A stretch of DNA of 64,000 nt from an uncultured Alphaproteobacteria bacterium. Lineage in GTDB: Bacteria; Pseudomonadota; Alphaproteobacteria; Rhizobiales; Xanthobacteraceae. The notes under the pieces were generated by a model that saw nothing but the letters and a program-made list of their open reading frames with translations, made no database searches and was not told where the DNA came from. The position numbers and the translations under genes are program-made. The DNA lies in the NCBI GenBank assembly GCA_963836765.1, contig CAWILG010000033.1:186494-250493 (forward strand), given 5' to 3'. Shown piece by piece: positions 29,439 through 40,323 of the stretch; position 1 is the first letter of the stretch, and each line of letters opens with the position of its first letter.

Positions 29439-29567
29439 CGGCCGCGATCGCCTCAATGTGTCTGCCTGGAAATGTGAGCCTCAAGGCGGACACCAAATTG
29501 CCCTCACTGGCGCACCTTTGCCCTTCCCTGTAGAACCCGTTTTGGGCTCAATCGGTTCGGGGGGACG

Positions 29568-31133
29568 ATGCGTCTGCCGATGCATCTGAAGGCAATTCTG
29601 ATCGGGGTCGCGATAACAGCGGTCTCGTTCGGGATCAGCCTGAAGGCGATGGACTGGCTGGCGCCGCGCGGCACGGTCAGCGGCCCGGTGCTGGTCGAAT
29701 TGCCGCCGCTGCCGCCGGCGCCGCGCAGCTCTGTCGTGATGGTGCCGGTCGCGGTGGCGCTGTCGGCGATCCGCGACGCCGCCGATCGCGGCGCGCCAAA
29801 AACCTTCAACGGCAAGGCCGAGAATCCGATCTCGCAGATCCTGCAGAACGCCGATATCGGCTGGACCGCCCAGCGCGGGCCGATCGCGGCGACCGGCGCG
29901 CAGGACGTGCTGTCGCTGGCAACGCCGCTGACCGGCACCCTCAACGTCACAGGCTCGCTGTCGGCGAAGGCGACGGGCGCGGTCGGCGATGCGCTCGGCA
30001 GCCTGCTCGGCGGCAATGTCGCCAAGCAGATCGGCAGCGTGAATATCAAGAACCTCAACGCCAGCGCCGAAATCAAGGGCAACGTCGTCATCACCGCGCG
30101 GCCGAAAATCGCCGCCGCCTGGCGCATCGAGCCTAATCTCGCCGCACAGGTCAATCTCGGCGACACCAGCCTTACGGTGGCGGGCGCGCACGTCAGCGTG
30201 CCGGCGCAGGTCAAGCCGCTGATCGACAAGACGGTCGCCGATCAACTCGCCCTGGTGCAGGCGCGGATGCGCAACGATACCGCGTTCGAGCAGAACGCAC
30301 GGGTGCAATGGGCAAAAGCCTGCCGCTCGATCCCGCTGCAAGGCACCGGCGCCACATCCGTGCCGCCGCTTTGGCTGGAGCTGCGGCCGACGCGGGCGAT
30401 CGCGGCACAGCCGCGTGTCGATGCGTCGGCGGTCACGCTGACGCTCGGCATCGAGGCCGAAACCCGCGTGACGGAGCTCGAGACCAAGCCCAATTGCCCG
30501 TTCCCGGCGACGATCGCCATCGTGCCGCCGACGCCGGGCCGGGTCTCGATCGGCATGCCGGTCGACATGTCCTTCACCGCGCTGAGCCAGCTCGTGGAAG
30601 CGCAGTTGGTCGGCAAGACGTTCCCCGAGGACGGCTCGGGGTCGGTCGACGTCACCGTCAAACATGCCAGCGTGGCTGCTTCCGGCGACCGCCTTTTGAT
30701 TTCGCTGCTGGTCAAGGCCAAGGAGAAGAAGAGCTTCCTCGGCCTCGGCGGCGAGGCCACCGTCCATATCTGGGGCCGGCCCGCGCTCGATCAGGCGCAA
30801 CAGACGCTGCGGCTGACCGATATCGAGCTGGCGGTCGAATCCGAGGCCGCGTTCGGCCTGCTGGGCACCGCAGCCCGCGCCGCCATGCCACATCTGCAGA
30901 AGGCGCTGGCGGACAAACTGATCGTCGACCTCAAGCCGTTCGCCAGCAATGCGCAGAAGAAGATAGCCGCCATCATCGCCGATTTCCAGACCAACGAGAA
31001 CGGCCTCAGGGTAGCGGCCGAGATCAACAGCCTGCGGCTCGCGGGCATCGCCTTCAACTCCAAGACGCTGCGCGTGATCGTGGAGACCGAGGGCATCATC
31101 AACGCCACCGTCAGCGCGTTGCCGGCGCTGTAA
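29568..31133 (+). CDS. DUF4403 family protein
   Basis: 521-aa ORF with N-terminal TM, native codon usage; family resemblance from memory. Confidence 0.7.
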   Translation: MRLPMHLKAILIGVAITAVSFGISLKAMDWLAPRGTVSGPVLVELPPLPPAPRSSVVMVPVAVALSAIRDAADRGAPKTFNGKAENPISQILQNADIGWTAQRGPIAATGAQDVLSLATPLTGTLNVTGSLSAKATGAVGDALGSLLGGNVAKQIGSVNIKNLNASAEIKGNVVITARPKIAAAWRIEPNLAAQVNLGDTSLTVAGAHVSVPAQVKPLIDKTVADQLALVQARMRNDTAFEQNARVQWAKACRSIPLQGTGATSVPPLWLELRPTRAIAAQPRVDASAVTLTLGIEAETRVTELETKPNCPFPATIAIVPPTPGRVSIGMPVDMSFTALSQLVEAQLVGKTFPEDGSGSVDVTVKHASVAASGDRLLISLLVKAKEKKSFLGLGGEATVHIWGRPALDQAQQTLRLTDIELAVESEAAFGLLGTAARAAMPHLQKALADKLIVDLKPFASNAQKKIAAIIADFQTNENGLRVAAEINSLRLAGIAFNSKTLRVIVETEGIINATVSALPAL

Positions 31134-31257
31134 GCGGGATTGACCGCGCGCGGGCCGGAAACCTCAAGCTCGCCCGCTGCGACCGATCGCCGATATCTCC
31201 GCGGTCCCATCTCGGTTATGCTGGCGCACGCGGAGAGGTTGATGAGGGCAATTTACC

Positions 31258-32988
31258 ATGATCCGGCTATCGATCCGACGAAAGATCATGGGTATCGCCG
31301 TGATGCTGATCGCCCTGATGGCGATTACCGCGGTTATGACCGTGGTGCTGGTGATGCAGGTCGGTACGCGCATCGAAGAGCTGACCTACAGCTACGTGCC
31401 CGCCTATGGCGACCTGGCGCGCGCGAATATCCGCTCGCTCGAGCGGGCGCTTTCGATCCGCCGGATCATCATCGAAAAACTCCGGTCGCCGACCGACAAC
31501 GGCCAGTATACGGCGCTGCGCAACCGGTACGATTCTCTGGGCGGACAAATCGAACTCGAAATCCTGGCCGCGCGCGCATTGATCCACGGACTGATCGAGA
31601 AAGGTGCTGCGTTCGGCGACGTGGTGACGCTCAGTCAGTTCGAGACCCGTACCGACGCAATCAACGACAATTCTCGCCGCAGGCTCAACGCAGAGAACGA
31701 TCGGCTGCTGGCGGTACTCGACACCGGCGACTCGAAAGCGCTCGCCGAGGAGATGGAGCGCATCGACGAACTTCGCGACGAACTCAATCGGAAGCTGGAC
31801 AGTATTCGAGCCGATATGTTGGTGCTGCTGCGCAAGGACGCCAACATTACGGTGCAAAAGCAGCACCAGGTGATGCTGATCTCGGTGGCGCTTACCGCGC
31901 TGGCCGCCATACTCGGTCTGGTGTTCGCGACCCTGGTCAGTGCCGGCGTGACGCGTCCGGTCCGGCGGTTGCTGGAAGGCGCCAAGGCGGTTGAAGCGGG
32001 CGATCTCGACGGAACGCTTGTCGCCACCTCGCGGGACGAAATCGGCCATCTGACCGCCGCGTTCAACCAGATGGTCGAGCAGTTGCGCCTCAAGGAGCGC
32101 CTGCGCGAGACCTTCGGCAAGTATGTCGATCCGCGAGTCGTCGAAGGGCTGATCGCAGGACCGGCGCTGGCGGCCGAAGGTCAGCGACGCGTCATGACCG
32201 TGCTGTTCTGCGACGTCAAGGGATTTACCTCTACCAGCGAAGGGATGACCCCGCAGGGGCTGGTCAAGGTGATGAACCGCTATTTCTCGACGATGTCGGC
32301 GCCGATCCGCCAACACCAGGGGGTCATCGACAAATATATCGGTGACGCCATCATGGCCTATTGGGGACCGCCCTTCGCCGCCGATGCCGAGCAGACGCGG
32401 CTCGCCAGTCTCGCCGCGCTCGAGATGTTGCAGCTCGTGCCGCAGTTGCGCGACGAGCTTCCCGAACTGCTCGGCGTTCGTACGCTTCCGAACACGTTCG
32501 ACATCCGCATCGGCATCGCAACCGGCGAAGTGCTGGTCGGCAGCATCGGCTCGGAGCTGATGATGAGCTACACCGTGATGGGCGACACCGTGAACCTGGC
32601 ATCGCGCTTGGAGGGTGCTAATAAAGAATATGGCGGCCGCATCCTGGTGTCCGAGGCTACCGTTACCGGCGCCTCCGACGCGATCGAGGCGCGCGAGATC
32701 GACCGCGTGGTCACGCTCGGCCAAACCCAGCCGCAGACGGTGTTCGAGATCATGGCACCGAAAGGCGAGTTGACGGCGGCGCAGCTCGATCTGCGCGCTC
32801 GCTTCTCGGAGGGACTTGCTGCCTATCGGGCGCAGCGCTGGGAGGATGCACGTCGCGCCTTCGAAGCCGCGCTGCTGGCAACTCCCGGCGACGGGCCGTC
32901 GATGACGTTCATCAAGCGCATCGACGGGCTGATGGCGGCTCCGCCCGGGGAGAACTGGGACGGCGCGTGGCATCTTGAACGGAAGTAG
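31258..32988 (+). CDS. Class III adenylate/guanylate cyclase with TM-HAMP input
   Basis: TVLFCDVKGFTS, IDKYIGDAIMAYWG, YTVMGDTVNLASRLE, HAMP DEIGHL. Confidence 0.93.
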   Translation: MIRLSIRRKIMGIAVMLIALMAITAVMTVVLVMQVGTRIEELTYSYVPAYGDLARANIRSLERALSIRRIIIEKLRSPTDNGQYTALRNRYDSLGGQIELEILAARALIHGLIEKGAAFGDVVTLSQFETRTDAINDNSRRRLNAENDRLLAVLDTGDSKALAEEMERIDELRDELNRKLDSIRADMLVLLRKDANITVQKQHQVMLISVALTALAAILGLVFATLVSAGVTRPVRRLLEGAKAVEAGDLDGTLVATSRDEIGHLTAAFNQMVEQLRLKERLRETFGKYVDPRVVEGLIAGPALAAEGQRRVMTVLFCDVKGFTSTSEGMTPQGLVKVMNRYFSTMSAPIRQHQGVIDKYIGDAIMAYWGPPFAADAEQTRLASLAALEMLQLVPQLRDELPELLGVRTLPNTFDIRIGIATGEVLVGSIGSELMMSYTVMGDTVNLASRLEGANKEYGGRILVSEATVTGASDAIEAREIDRVVTLGQTQPQTVFEIMAPKGELTAAQLDLRARFSEGLAAYRAQRWEDARRAFEAALLATPGDGPSMTFIKRIDGLMAAPPGENWDGAWHLERK

Positions 32989-33147
32989 ATCCGATTTGAG
33001 GCCAACAGGCGGATCGCTGTCCCGGCGGCGGACCATCGATATTTGCGCAGCGCCATGCTCAAAACTTAGCTTGGCGCGCGCCGCCCAAGCCGGATAGAAG
33101 GGGCCGCTGAAACGAAGCCCTCAACAAGAAGCCTGGGAGAAAAGACC

Positions 33148-34362
33148 ATGAGATCATTCGCAGCCGCGGTCGCGGCCGTCCTCGCTACTGCCGTTTCCGG
33201 CGGCACGGCGCGCGCGCAGATTTCCGACGACGTCGTCAAGATCGGCGTGCTCACCGACATGTCCAGCCTCTATGCGGACGCGACCGGCAAGGGTTCGCTG
33301 GCCGCGGTGCAGATGGCGGTCGCCGACTACGGCGGCAAGGTCAAGGGCAAGCCGGTCGAAGTGGTCGCCGCCGACCATCAGAACAAGCCGGACGTCGGCG
33401 TCAGTATCGCCCGCAACTGGTATGACAATGAGAAGGTCGACGCGATCTTCGACGTGCCGACCTCCTCGGTCGCGCTGCCGGTCTCGGCGCTGACGCGCGA
33501 GAAGAACAAGATCAACATCAATTCCGGCGGCGGCTCATCCGATATTACCGGCGTCGCCTGTTCGCCCAATACCGTGCACTGGACCTACGACACCTACGCG
33601 CTGTCCAACGTCGCCGGCAAGGCGATGGTCAAGCGCGGCGAGGACACCTGGTTCTTCGTCACCGCCGACTACGCCTTCGGCATGGCGCTGGAGCGGGATG
33701 CCGCCAACGTTGTCAAGGAGAGCGGCGGCAAGGTGCTCGGCGACGTGCGCCATCCCCTCAACTCGTCGGACTTCTCCTCCTTCCTGCTGCAGGCGCAGGC
33801 TTCGAAGGCCAAGGTGATCGGTCTCGCCAATGCCGGCGGCGACACCACCAACGCGCTGAAACAGGCGGCCGAATTCGGTATCACCCAGGGCGGCCAGAAA
33901 ATGATCGCGCTGCTGATGGAGATCACCGACACCCACGCGCTCGGCGTCAAGGCGACCGAGGGCCTGATCGTCACCGACGCATTCTACTGGGACATGAACG
34001 ACGAGACCCGTGCGTTCTCAAAACGCTTCAACGAGAAGGTCGGCCACATGCCGACGATGATCCAGGCCGGGCTGTATTCGGCGACCATGCATTATCTGAA
34101 GGCGATCGAGGCGATCGGAACGGATGAAGCGCCGAAGGTGATGGAGCAGATGCGCGCGACCCCGGTCAACGACTTCTTCGCCAAGAACGGCAAGATCCGC
34201 ATCGACGGCCGCATGGTCCACGACATGTATCTGTTCGAGGTGAAGAAGCCCTCGGAGTCGAAGGGCGAATGGGATCTCTACAAGCTGATCGCCACCGTGC
34301 CCGGCGACGAAGCGTTCCGTCCGCTCGACAAGGGCGGCTGCCCGCTGGTGAAGACGAATTGA
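33148..34362 (+). CDS. ABC transporter substrate-binding protein (branched-chain amino acid / LivJ-like)
   Basis: VKIGVLTDMSS, ADHQNKPD, TADYAFG. Confidence 0.93.
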   Translation: MRSFAAAVAAVLATAVSGGTARAQISDDVVKIGVLTDMSSLYADATGKGSLAAVQMAVADYGGKVKGKPVEVVAADHQNKPDVGVSIARNWYDNEKVDAIFDVPTSSVALPVSALTREKNKININSGGGSSDITGVACSPNTVHWTYDTYALSNVAGKAMVKRGEDTWFFVTADYAFGMALERDAANVVKESGGKVLGDVRHPLNSSDFSSFLLQAQASKAKVIGLANAGGDTTNALKQAAEFGITQGGQKMIALLMEITDTHALGVKATEGLIVTDAFYWDMNDETRAFSKRFNEKVGHMPTMIQAGLYSATMHYLKAIEAIGTDEAPKVMEQMRATPVNDFFAKNGKIRIDGRMVHDMYLFEVKKPSESKGEWDLYKLIATVPGDEAFRPLDKGGCPLVKTN

Positions 34363-34367
34363 GGGTT

Positions 34368-34498
34368 CTCCCTCTCCCGCTTGCGGGGAGAGGGTTGGGG
34401 TGAGGGGGACTCTCCACGCATTCGGACTCGCGGTGAGCCCCCCCACCCGAAATTCGCGCTTGCGCGAATTTCAACCTCTCCCCGCAAGCGGGGCGAGG
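34368..34498. repeat. MITE-like 23-bp-TIR palindrome, copy 2 (opposite orientation)
   Basis: cccgcttgcggggagagggttggggtgagggg ... cctctccccgcaagcggggcgag. Confidence 0.88.
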
Positions 34499-34517
34499 TA
34501 AGAAAGAAATCGAACGT

Positions 34518-34732
34518 TTACGAACCCTCGAACTTGAACGAGACTCTCAACTTGGCGCGGTAGGCTTCGATCTTGCCCTTGGCGTCCAGTTGCAGATCGA
34601 GCTTGACACCTCGGCGACGCGAAGATCGCGCAGGGATTTTCCGGCCCGGCTGACGGCCGCCGCAGCCGCCTTCTCCCAGGAGTCCTTGCTGGTACCGATC
34701 AGCTCGATGACCTTGTAGACGCTATCAGCCAT
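34518..34732 (-). CDS. Dodecin family flavin-binding protein; frameshift near 34610
   Basis: VYKVIELIGTSKDSWEKAA...LRDLRVAEV then YRAKLRVSFKFEGS in another frame. Confidence 0.85.
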
Positions 34733-34843
34733 GTCGTCCTCCCGTTGCTGTCAGGCAGGACGCAGGGTGCTCCTGCCGCGCCGCAGCCTAACATCGGGAT
34801 ATCGGCGCTGATAGGATGCGGTGCAGCATTCCGATGCTTCTGT

Positions 34844-34929
34844 CGTCATTGCGAGCGAAGCGAAGCAATCCATCTCACCGAGCGAGCGGCGAGATGGATT
34901 GCTTCGTCGCTACGCTCCTCGCAATGACG
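34844..34929. repeat. CGTC-tagged long palindrome, copy 2
   Basis: cgtcattgcgagcgaagcgaagcaatcc ... ggattgcttcgtcgctacgctcctcgcaatgacg. Confidence 0.9.
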
Positions 34930-34932
34930 GAC

Positions 34933-34963
34933 AAAAAAACGCGCCCGGCGACCGGGCGCGTTT
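34933..34963 (-). terminator. Intrinsic terminator
   Basis: cgcgcccgg / ccgggcgcg stem with an A7 tract on the + strand. Confidence 0.7.
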
Positions 34964-34978
34964 CGATTGTCAGTCAAC

Positions 34979-35531
34979 TTATCTGTCAGTCAATTCGTCC
35001 GAATACTTGAACTCCGGCATCGCCTTCAGCTCATCCTTGGTGGCGTTGAACACGGCGTGGTCCGGATACCAGGGATTTTGCTTCGGCATATTGCCGCGGC
35101 GGGCGAACGTTGTCGCCGCACCCGTGGTCGTGGTCGACGATCGGCCTGGCGCCGCCCGCGCGGCGTGTTGGCTGCGCCGGTATAGGCCACCGGCTCGTTG
35201 ACGAACTTCACCTTGTCGAAGGGCACCGCGACCAGATGTTCGCCGACGCCGAGGAAGCCGCCGACGCCGATCACCACGGCCTTGATGTTACCGCTCTTGT
35301 CGGTCAGCAGATCGTTGATCGAGCCGACGCTTTCATTCTTGTCGTTGTAGACGCTGAGCCCGGCTAGCTTCGACGCGCGCCAGTCGCCCTGGAACGACGA
35401 CGAGGTATCGGATGCGGCGGCGGGCGCCATGCTTGGTGCTGTCGGTGGTCGCGGTCGGCGTCTGCGCGAACGCGACACTTGCCAGCAACGCGGAACCAGC
35501 CAAAGCCGGCGATGGTATATTTGGCTAACAT
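34979..35531 (-). CDS. Secreted PRC-barrel domain protein; several frameshifts
   Basis: WRASKLAGLSVYNDKNESVGSINDLL...VIGVGGFLGVGEHLVAVPF. Confidence 0.8.
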
Positions 35532-35568
35532 ATCGGTTCTCCTCAGTTCGAAAAAACGATGCTGAGAA

Positions 35569-35593
35569 AACCCGTCAAGTCGGCCAACGTTCC
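35569..35593 (-). promoter_or_regulatory. EcfG-type promoter
   Basis: GGAAC-N16-GGTT on the minus strand, 38 nt before the ATG at 35531. Confidence 0.45.
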
Positions 35594-35623
35594 GCAAATT
35601 CGGGAACAGCGGGAACACGTGCG

Positions 35624-36005
35624 ATCAGAAAGCCGCCCCAGTACGGCGGCATGCCGTAATAGCGATGCAGCTCCGCTTCCTGCGAGCGATCGCCCCAGTC
35701 GAAATCCTTGTCGGCGCGGAACGACGGCGCGCGCTTCAACTCTTCATCGTCGATGTCGAGTTCGTAGGCTTCGAACCTCGTGCATTGTAGCGAAGCCGGC
35801 CCCAGGGCAACGGAAGCAGATTGGTTCCCATGCCGAGGAACCCGCCGAAACTCAGAACCGCGTAGGATACCTTGCCGGAGACCTTGTCGATCATCAGCCG
35901 TTCGATATGGCCGATCATGTCGCCGTTCGGCCGCCGCACCGCGGTGCCTTCGACGCGATCGCTCGCGATCAACTGATGCGGCTTGGTCATGACGTCGGAT
36001 GCCAT
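35624..36005 (-). CDS. PRC-barrel domain protein; frameshift near 35785
   Basis: LIASDRVEGTAV...IERLMIDKVSGKVSYAVLSFGGFLGMG, tail ELHRYYGMPPYW. Confidence 0.85.
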
Positions 36006-36038
36006 CGGACCCTCCACCAATCATGCAATGGCGAGAAT

Positions 36039-36063
36039 AACGTCGCAATCGGCGGCCAGTTCC
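36039..36063 (-). promoter_or_regulatory. EcfG/SigT general-stress promoter
   Basis: GGAAC-TGGCCGCCGATTGCGA-CGTT (N16). Confidence 0.6.
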
Positions 36064-36153
36064 CGCTTCGCAAAATGCGACAACCATCCTTCCCTTTCGG
36101 AAAGGATGGTTGCCTGCACGATGGCTGTCGCGCGTCGCCGCGTCAGGCAGATG

Positions 36154-36792
36154 TCAGGTCTGGTAGTCGATCAGCAGCGCCGAGAAGCGACGAGCTGGTG
36201 CTGCTCGACGTGCCTGAGCTGCCGGTCGCGCTGTAGGAGTCGACGACGAGGCTGACAGCGATCCTGCAGCGATTGCAGGAACTGCTTCAGGATGTCGTCG
36301 GCGGAAGTCGTGCTCGACGAGCTGCTGATGCCGGACTGCTGTCGAGTCGACGACGACTTCATCCGCCGGCGGCGGACCGCCATGGCCGCCATGATGGCCG
36401 TGGGCGGCCACCGGCGCCGCCAGCGCCACCGGGACCGCCCGCACTGCGCCGTCGCGCCACCAGCCCCGCCGGGACCGTTGGCGAACGCCGCCTTGAACAC
36501 GCCCTGCAATTCGGTGGCCTGGTCGCTGGTCAGCTTGCCGCTGGAAACTTCGCCGTTGATCAGGTCGTCGATCTTGGATTTGAGATCGCCGGGCGAAGGC
36601 TTGCGTGCCGCTGGCCTGGTCGCTGGCGCGGCTGGACTGCAGCGAGGAATCGATATCGGTCAGCGCCGACGACAACGCGTCCTGGTCGGACGAGCTGATG
36701 GCGCCGGAGGTTACTTCGGACTGCAACTCATCCTGCAGCTTCTGCAGGGGCGACTGGTAGGTGCTGGCGGAGGCCGCCGAGATCGAGGTCAT
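36154..36792 (-). CDS. Ser/Gln/Gly-rich hypothetical protein; several frameshifts
   Basis: MTSISAASASTYQSPLQKLQDEL..., GHHGGHGGPPP, ends LLIDYQT. Confidence 0.6.
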   Translation of the reverse strand: MTSISAASASTYQSPLQKLQDELQSEVTSGAISSSDQDALSSALTDIDSSLQSSRASDQASGTQAFARRSQIQDRRPDQRRSFQRQADQRPGHRIAGRVQGGVRQRSRRGWWRDGAVRAVPVALAAPVAAHGHHGGHGGPPPADEVVVDSTAVRHQQLVEHDFRRRHPEAVPAIAAGSLSASSSTPTARPAAQARRAAPARRFSALLIDYQT

Positions 36793-36990
36793 GATAGCTC
36801 CAAGGATCTTGGGAGGTTCGGGGAGTGTGCAGAGTTCGTGTAAGACGCACCGACCGTAGGGTTAACGGTCTTAACGAGACCTTTTCGCCGGCGCCCCAGC
36901 CTGTTGCCCCGTGTTGCCCGCGTCATTCAGAAACATCCGGAAACAAAAATCCTTCGCCGCACGGCCCCGAATCACCGACAAAAGGTCGAT

Positions 36991-37745
36991 ATGGCCCAGG
37001 CAATGCCCAACATCCTTGTCGTTGAGGACGACCGCGAGACGCGGACGCTGATCGCGAAATATCTGCGCACCAACGCCTGCAACGTGACCACCGCGACCGA
37101 CGGCCGCGAAATGGCGCGCGCCATGACCGACCATCGCGTCGATCTCTTGATCCTCGACGTCATGCTGCCCGGCGAGGACGGCCTCAGCCTGTGCCGCAAG
37201 GTGCGCGCGCGAATCGCAGACGCCGATCATCATGCTGACCGCGCGCGGCGAGGACGTCGACCGCATTCTCGGTCTCGAGATGGGCGCCGACGACTATCTG
37301 GCCAAACCGTTCAACCCGCGCGAATTGCTGGCCCGCATCAACGCGGTGCTGCGCCGGCAGGCGGCGGCCCACACCGCCAGCGCCACCGAGGGCGCGACCG
37401 CGCTGGCATTTGCGGGCTGGCGGATCGATTTCCGGCTGCGCGAGTTGCGCAATCCCGAAGGCGCGCGCGTCGCGATGACCAGCGCCGAATTCGACCTGCT
37501 GCGAACGTTTTGCGAGCGGCCCGGCCGCGTGCTGTCGCGCGACAGCCTGCTCGACCTCACCCAGGGCCGCAACGCCGGCTCGTTCGAGCGCTAGATCGAC
37601 GTGCTGGTCAGCCGCATCCGCCGCAAGATCGAACCCGATCCGCAGGATGCCACCATGATCAAGACGGTGCGTTCCGGCGGCTACATGTTCACGCCGAGAG
37701 TTGAACCCGTCAAGAGTTGAGGCGGTGACCGCCGCCGGCAACTGA
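36991..37745 (+). CDS. OmpR family response regulator; one frameshift (about 37210) and an in-frame TAG at 37592-37594
   Basis: ILVVEDD, LLILDVMLPGEDG, MLTARGE, GADDYLAKPFNPRELLARI, IKTVRSGGYMF. Confidence 0.88.
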
Positions 37746-37747
37746 TC

Positions 37748-39113
37748 ATGAAGCTGATCGGCTTTCTGAACCTGCGCGGCATCAGCGGCCAGATCGCAGC
37801 ACTGGTCGTCGTCTCGATCGTGGCGCTGCATCTGATCATCACCGCGAGTTTCCTGATCCACCGGCCGGACCAGCCGGATCCGTCGTTCGACCGCGGCCAC
37901 GCCCAGCTCGCCGCGGCGGCGCAGTTGCTCGGCGCCGCGCCCGCGTCGGAACGGCCGCGGCTGTCGGCCGATATCGCGCGCGCGTTTCCGCAACTCGGCA
38001 TCGAAATCCTGCCGCCGGGCCCTGCGCCCGCGGCCGGCGAACCCGAGGGCCCCAACCTGCGCGGCCTGCATCGCCGCCTCGGCAACGGCTATCGCATCTT
38101 CGCGCTGGCGCCGGACGGCGAGCACCGCAAGGCTCGGCATCGCGCTGCCGGACGGCGCGATGATTTCCGCCAACATCCTGCCGGAGCAGCGGCCGCGGCC
38201 GCCGTTCTGGGCGGGCCCTGGATGATGACGCTGCTGTTTGCCGTCATCAGCGTCACGCTGCTCGGCCTGTGGGCGGCGCGCGCGCTGACCGCGCCGCTGT
38301 CGTCATTCGCCAAGGCCGCCGAGAGTTTCAGCCTCAACGGCGCCGCTGCGCCGCTGCCCGAACGCGGGCCGGAGGAAATCCGCTCGGTGGCGCAAGGCGC
38401 TCAATCGGATGCGGGAGCGCATCACCGGCCTGATCGACGACCGCACCAAAATGCTCGCCGCGATCAGCCACGATCTGCGCACGCCGATCACGCGGATGCG
38501 GCTGCGCTCGGAATTCATCGAGGACGAGACCCATCGCAGCCGCATGCTCGGCGATCTCGACCAGATGCGCTCGATGCTGGAATCGGTGCTGTCGTTCCTG
38601 CGCAACGACCGCAGGCTCGAGGCGATGACGCTGGTCGATATCGCCAGCACGCTGCAGCTCATCACCGATCAGTTCGCCGACATGGGCCGCAAGGTCGCCT
38701 ATGACGGCCCCGGCGCACGCCATGGCGACGGTGCGGCCGGACGATCTGCATCGCAGCGTCACCAACCTGGTGGAGAACGCGGTCAGGTTCGGCGCCGAAG
38801 CGGTGATCCGCCTCGCGTAGCTCGCCGGACAGCGTCACCATCGATGTCGAGGACGACGGCCCCGGCATTTCCGACGCGCAGAAGGAGCAACGTGCTGGAG
38901 CCGTTCGTGCGCGGCGACGACGCCCGCAACATGGACGAGGCCGCGGGCTTCGGCCTCGGCCTTTCGATCGCCAACGCCATCGTGCTCGCGCATGGCGGCA
39001 CGCTGTCGCTGCACGACCGCCAGCCGCACGGACTGGTGGTGCGGATTCAATTGCCGGTGCATCAGCAGACGCAGAACGATCGGCGGCGTGAAGATCTCTT
39101 GAAGCGCCTTTAG
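37748..39113 (+). CDS. Sensor histidine kinase (TM-HAMP-HisKA-HATPase); several frameshifts
   Basis: ERGPEEIR, AISHDLRTPITR, NLVENAVRF, DDGPGI, GFGLGLSIA. Confidence 0.88.
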
Positions 39114-39317
39114 GCCGCGAGCGCGTCGGGCTCGGCCTCATCGTAGATCGCGATCGCCTCGAAGCGATAATCGCAGGCGCGGCAGAACCAGAGGAAGGAC
39201 GTGCGGCCCGGGCTGCTCTCGACCCAGTCCGGCCTCGCGATCGGCTTGCCGCATTGCGCACAGGGATTTCCGCGAGGCAAATAGCCGGAATTGAATCGGC
39301 CAATCCGATTGAGTCAT
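39110..39317 (-). CDS. Small CxxC...CxxC zinc-ribbon protein; not in the ORF track because of a frameshift near the start
   Basis: Minus strand reads RFNSGYLPRGNPCAQCGKPIARPDWVESSPGRTSFLWFCRACDYRFEAIAIYDEAEPDALAA*. Confidence 0.6.
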
Positions 39318-39617
39318 GGCGCATCTCCCTTGATTTTATGATTTGTTTTGAATGTGACAGGTTTGCTGTCGGAACTCGAACCGCGCTGTCGCGCAGAGCT
39401 TCTAGACCTTCATTGAGTCATTTGCACGACAATCTGCGTGTCTGCATGCGAAATTGTCGTAGCGTGCAGCAAACCAGTCGTTAACGTCACGTTTAACGGA
39501 GTCGTCAACCGATGCCGCGGATTTCCGCCACGATTCGTCCGCTTTTCGCCACATCTGCCCAATTGGAGTACTAACGCGGAACCGCCAATCACGCGCACGC
39601 CGCCCGAGACCGTTTTG

Positions 39618-40297
39618 ATGAAACGTTTGCCTGGCTTCCTTGGCTTCGCCGCCATGGCCGCGCTGTGGTTTGCCCGCGCGCCGAGGCGCAGAGCGCGCGC
39701 AATATGAAAACATGGTCGCCACCCACGCCAGGGCCAACAACGTGCCGGAAGCGCTGGTGCACCGGGTGATCGTGCGCGAGAGCAAATATCATCCCGACCT
39801 GGTCGGGCGCGGCGGCACCATCGGGCTGATGCAGATCAAGCTCGCGACCGCGCGCGGCCTTGGCTACACCGGCGACGCCGACGGCCTGCGCGATCCCGAC
39901 ACCAATCTGGCCTACGGCGTCAAATATCTCGCCGGCGCCTATCGCGCCGCCAACAGCGATCACGCCCGCGCCATGCATTATTATGCGAGCGGCTATTATC
40001 ACGTCGCAAAGCGCCAGCGGCTGGAGCGACTGAAGCATCCCGAGCCGGTGGTCGCGAGTGCAGCGCCGAAAGAAGGGGCGAAGCCGGTGGAGGCCGAACA
40101 AGCCACTGTTGTGGCGCCTGCAGAGGCCAATGTCGCGCCGGACGAAGCCGAAAAAACCGGCGGAAGCGCCCGCAAAGTCCAAAGCGGCGGCCGCCAAGCC
40201 GAAAAAGCCTTCGAGGAAGCTCGCCGAGGCCAAACCGCTGGATCTCCGTCCGCCGGCCAGCATCCCCGGCGGTGCACACGCCGCAAAGCCGCGTTGA
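39618..40297 (+). CDS. Lytic transglycosylase (SLT domain) with a Lys/Ala/Pro-rich tail; two frameshifts
   Basis: LVHRVIVRES, GLMQIKLATAR, NLAYGVKYL, HYYASG. Confidence 0.85.
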
Positions 40298-40323
40298 CAC
40301 TCCCGCCCATCGGCCTACATTAG

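Noticed and set aside
29481-33036. Long antisense ORFs (29481..30893, 31267..33036; likewise 43296..44750, 51532..52944, 3255..4832)
   Set aside because: Shadow ORFs typical of high-GC coding DNA. They mirror well-supported genes and have no recognisable motifs.
31258-34362. Adenylate cyclase and ABC binding protein as a novel signalling unit
   Set aside because: Both families are highly expanded in rhizobia, and nothing in the sequence links them beyond adjacency.
39481-39497. CtrA-like site upstream of the SLT gene
   Set aside because: Spacing is TTAA-N8-TTAAC rather than N7.
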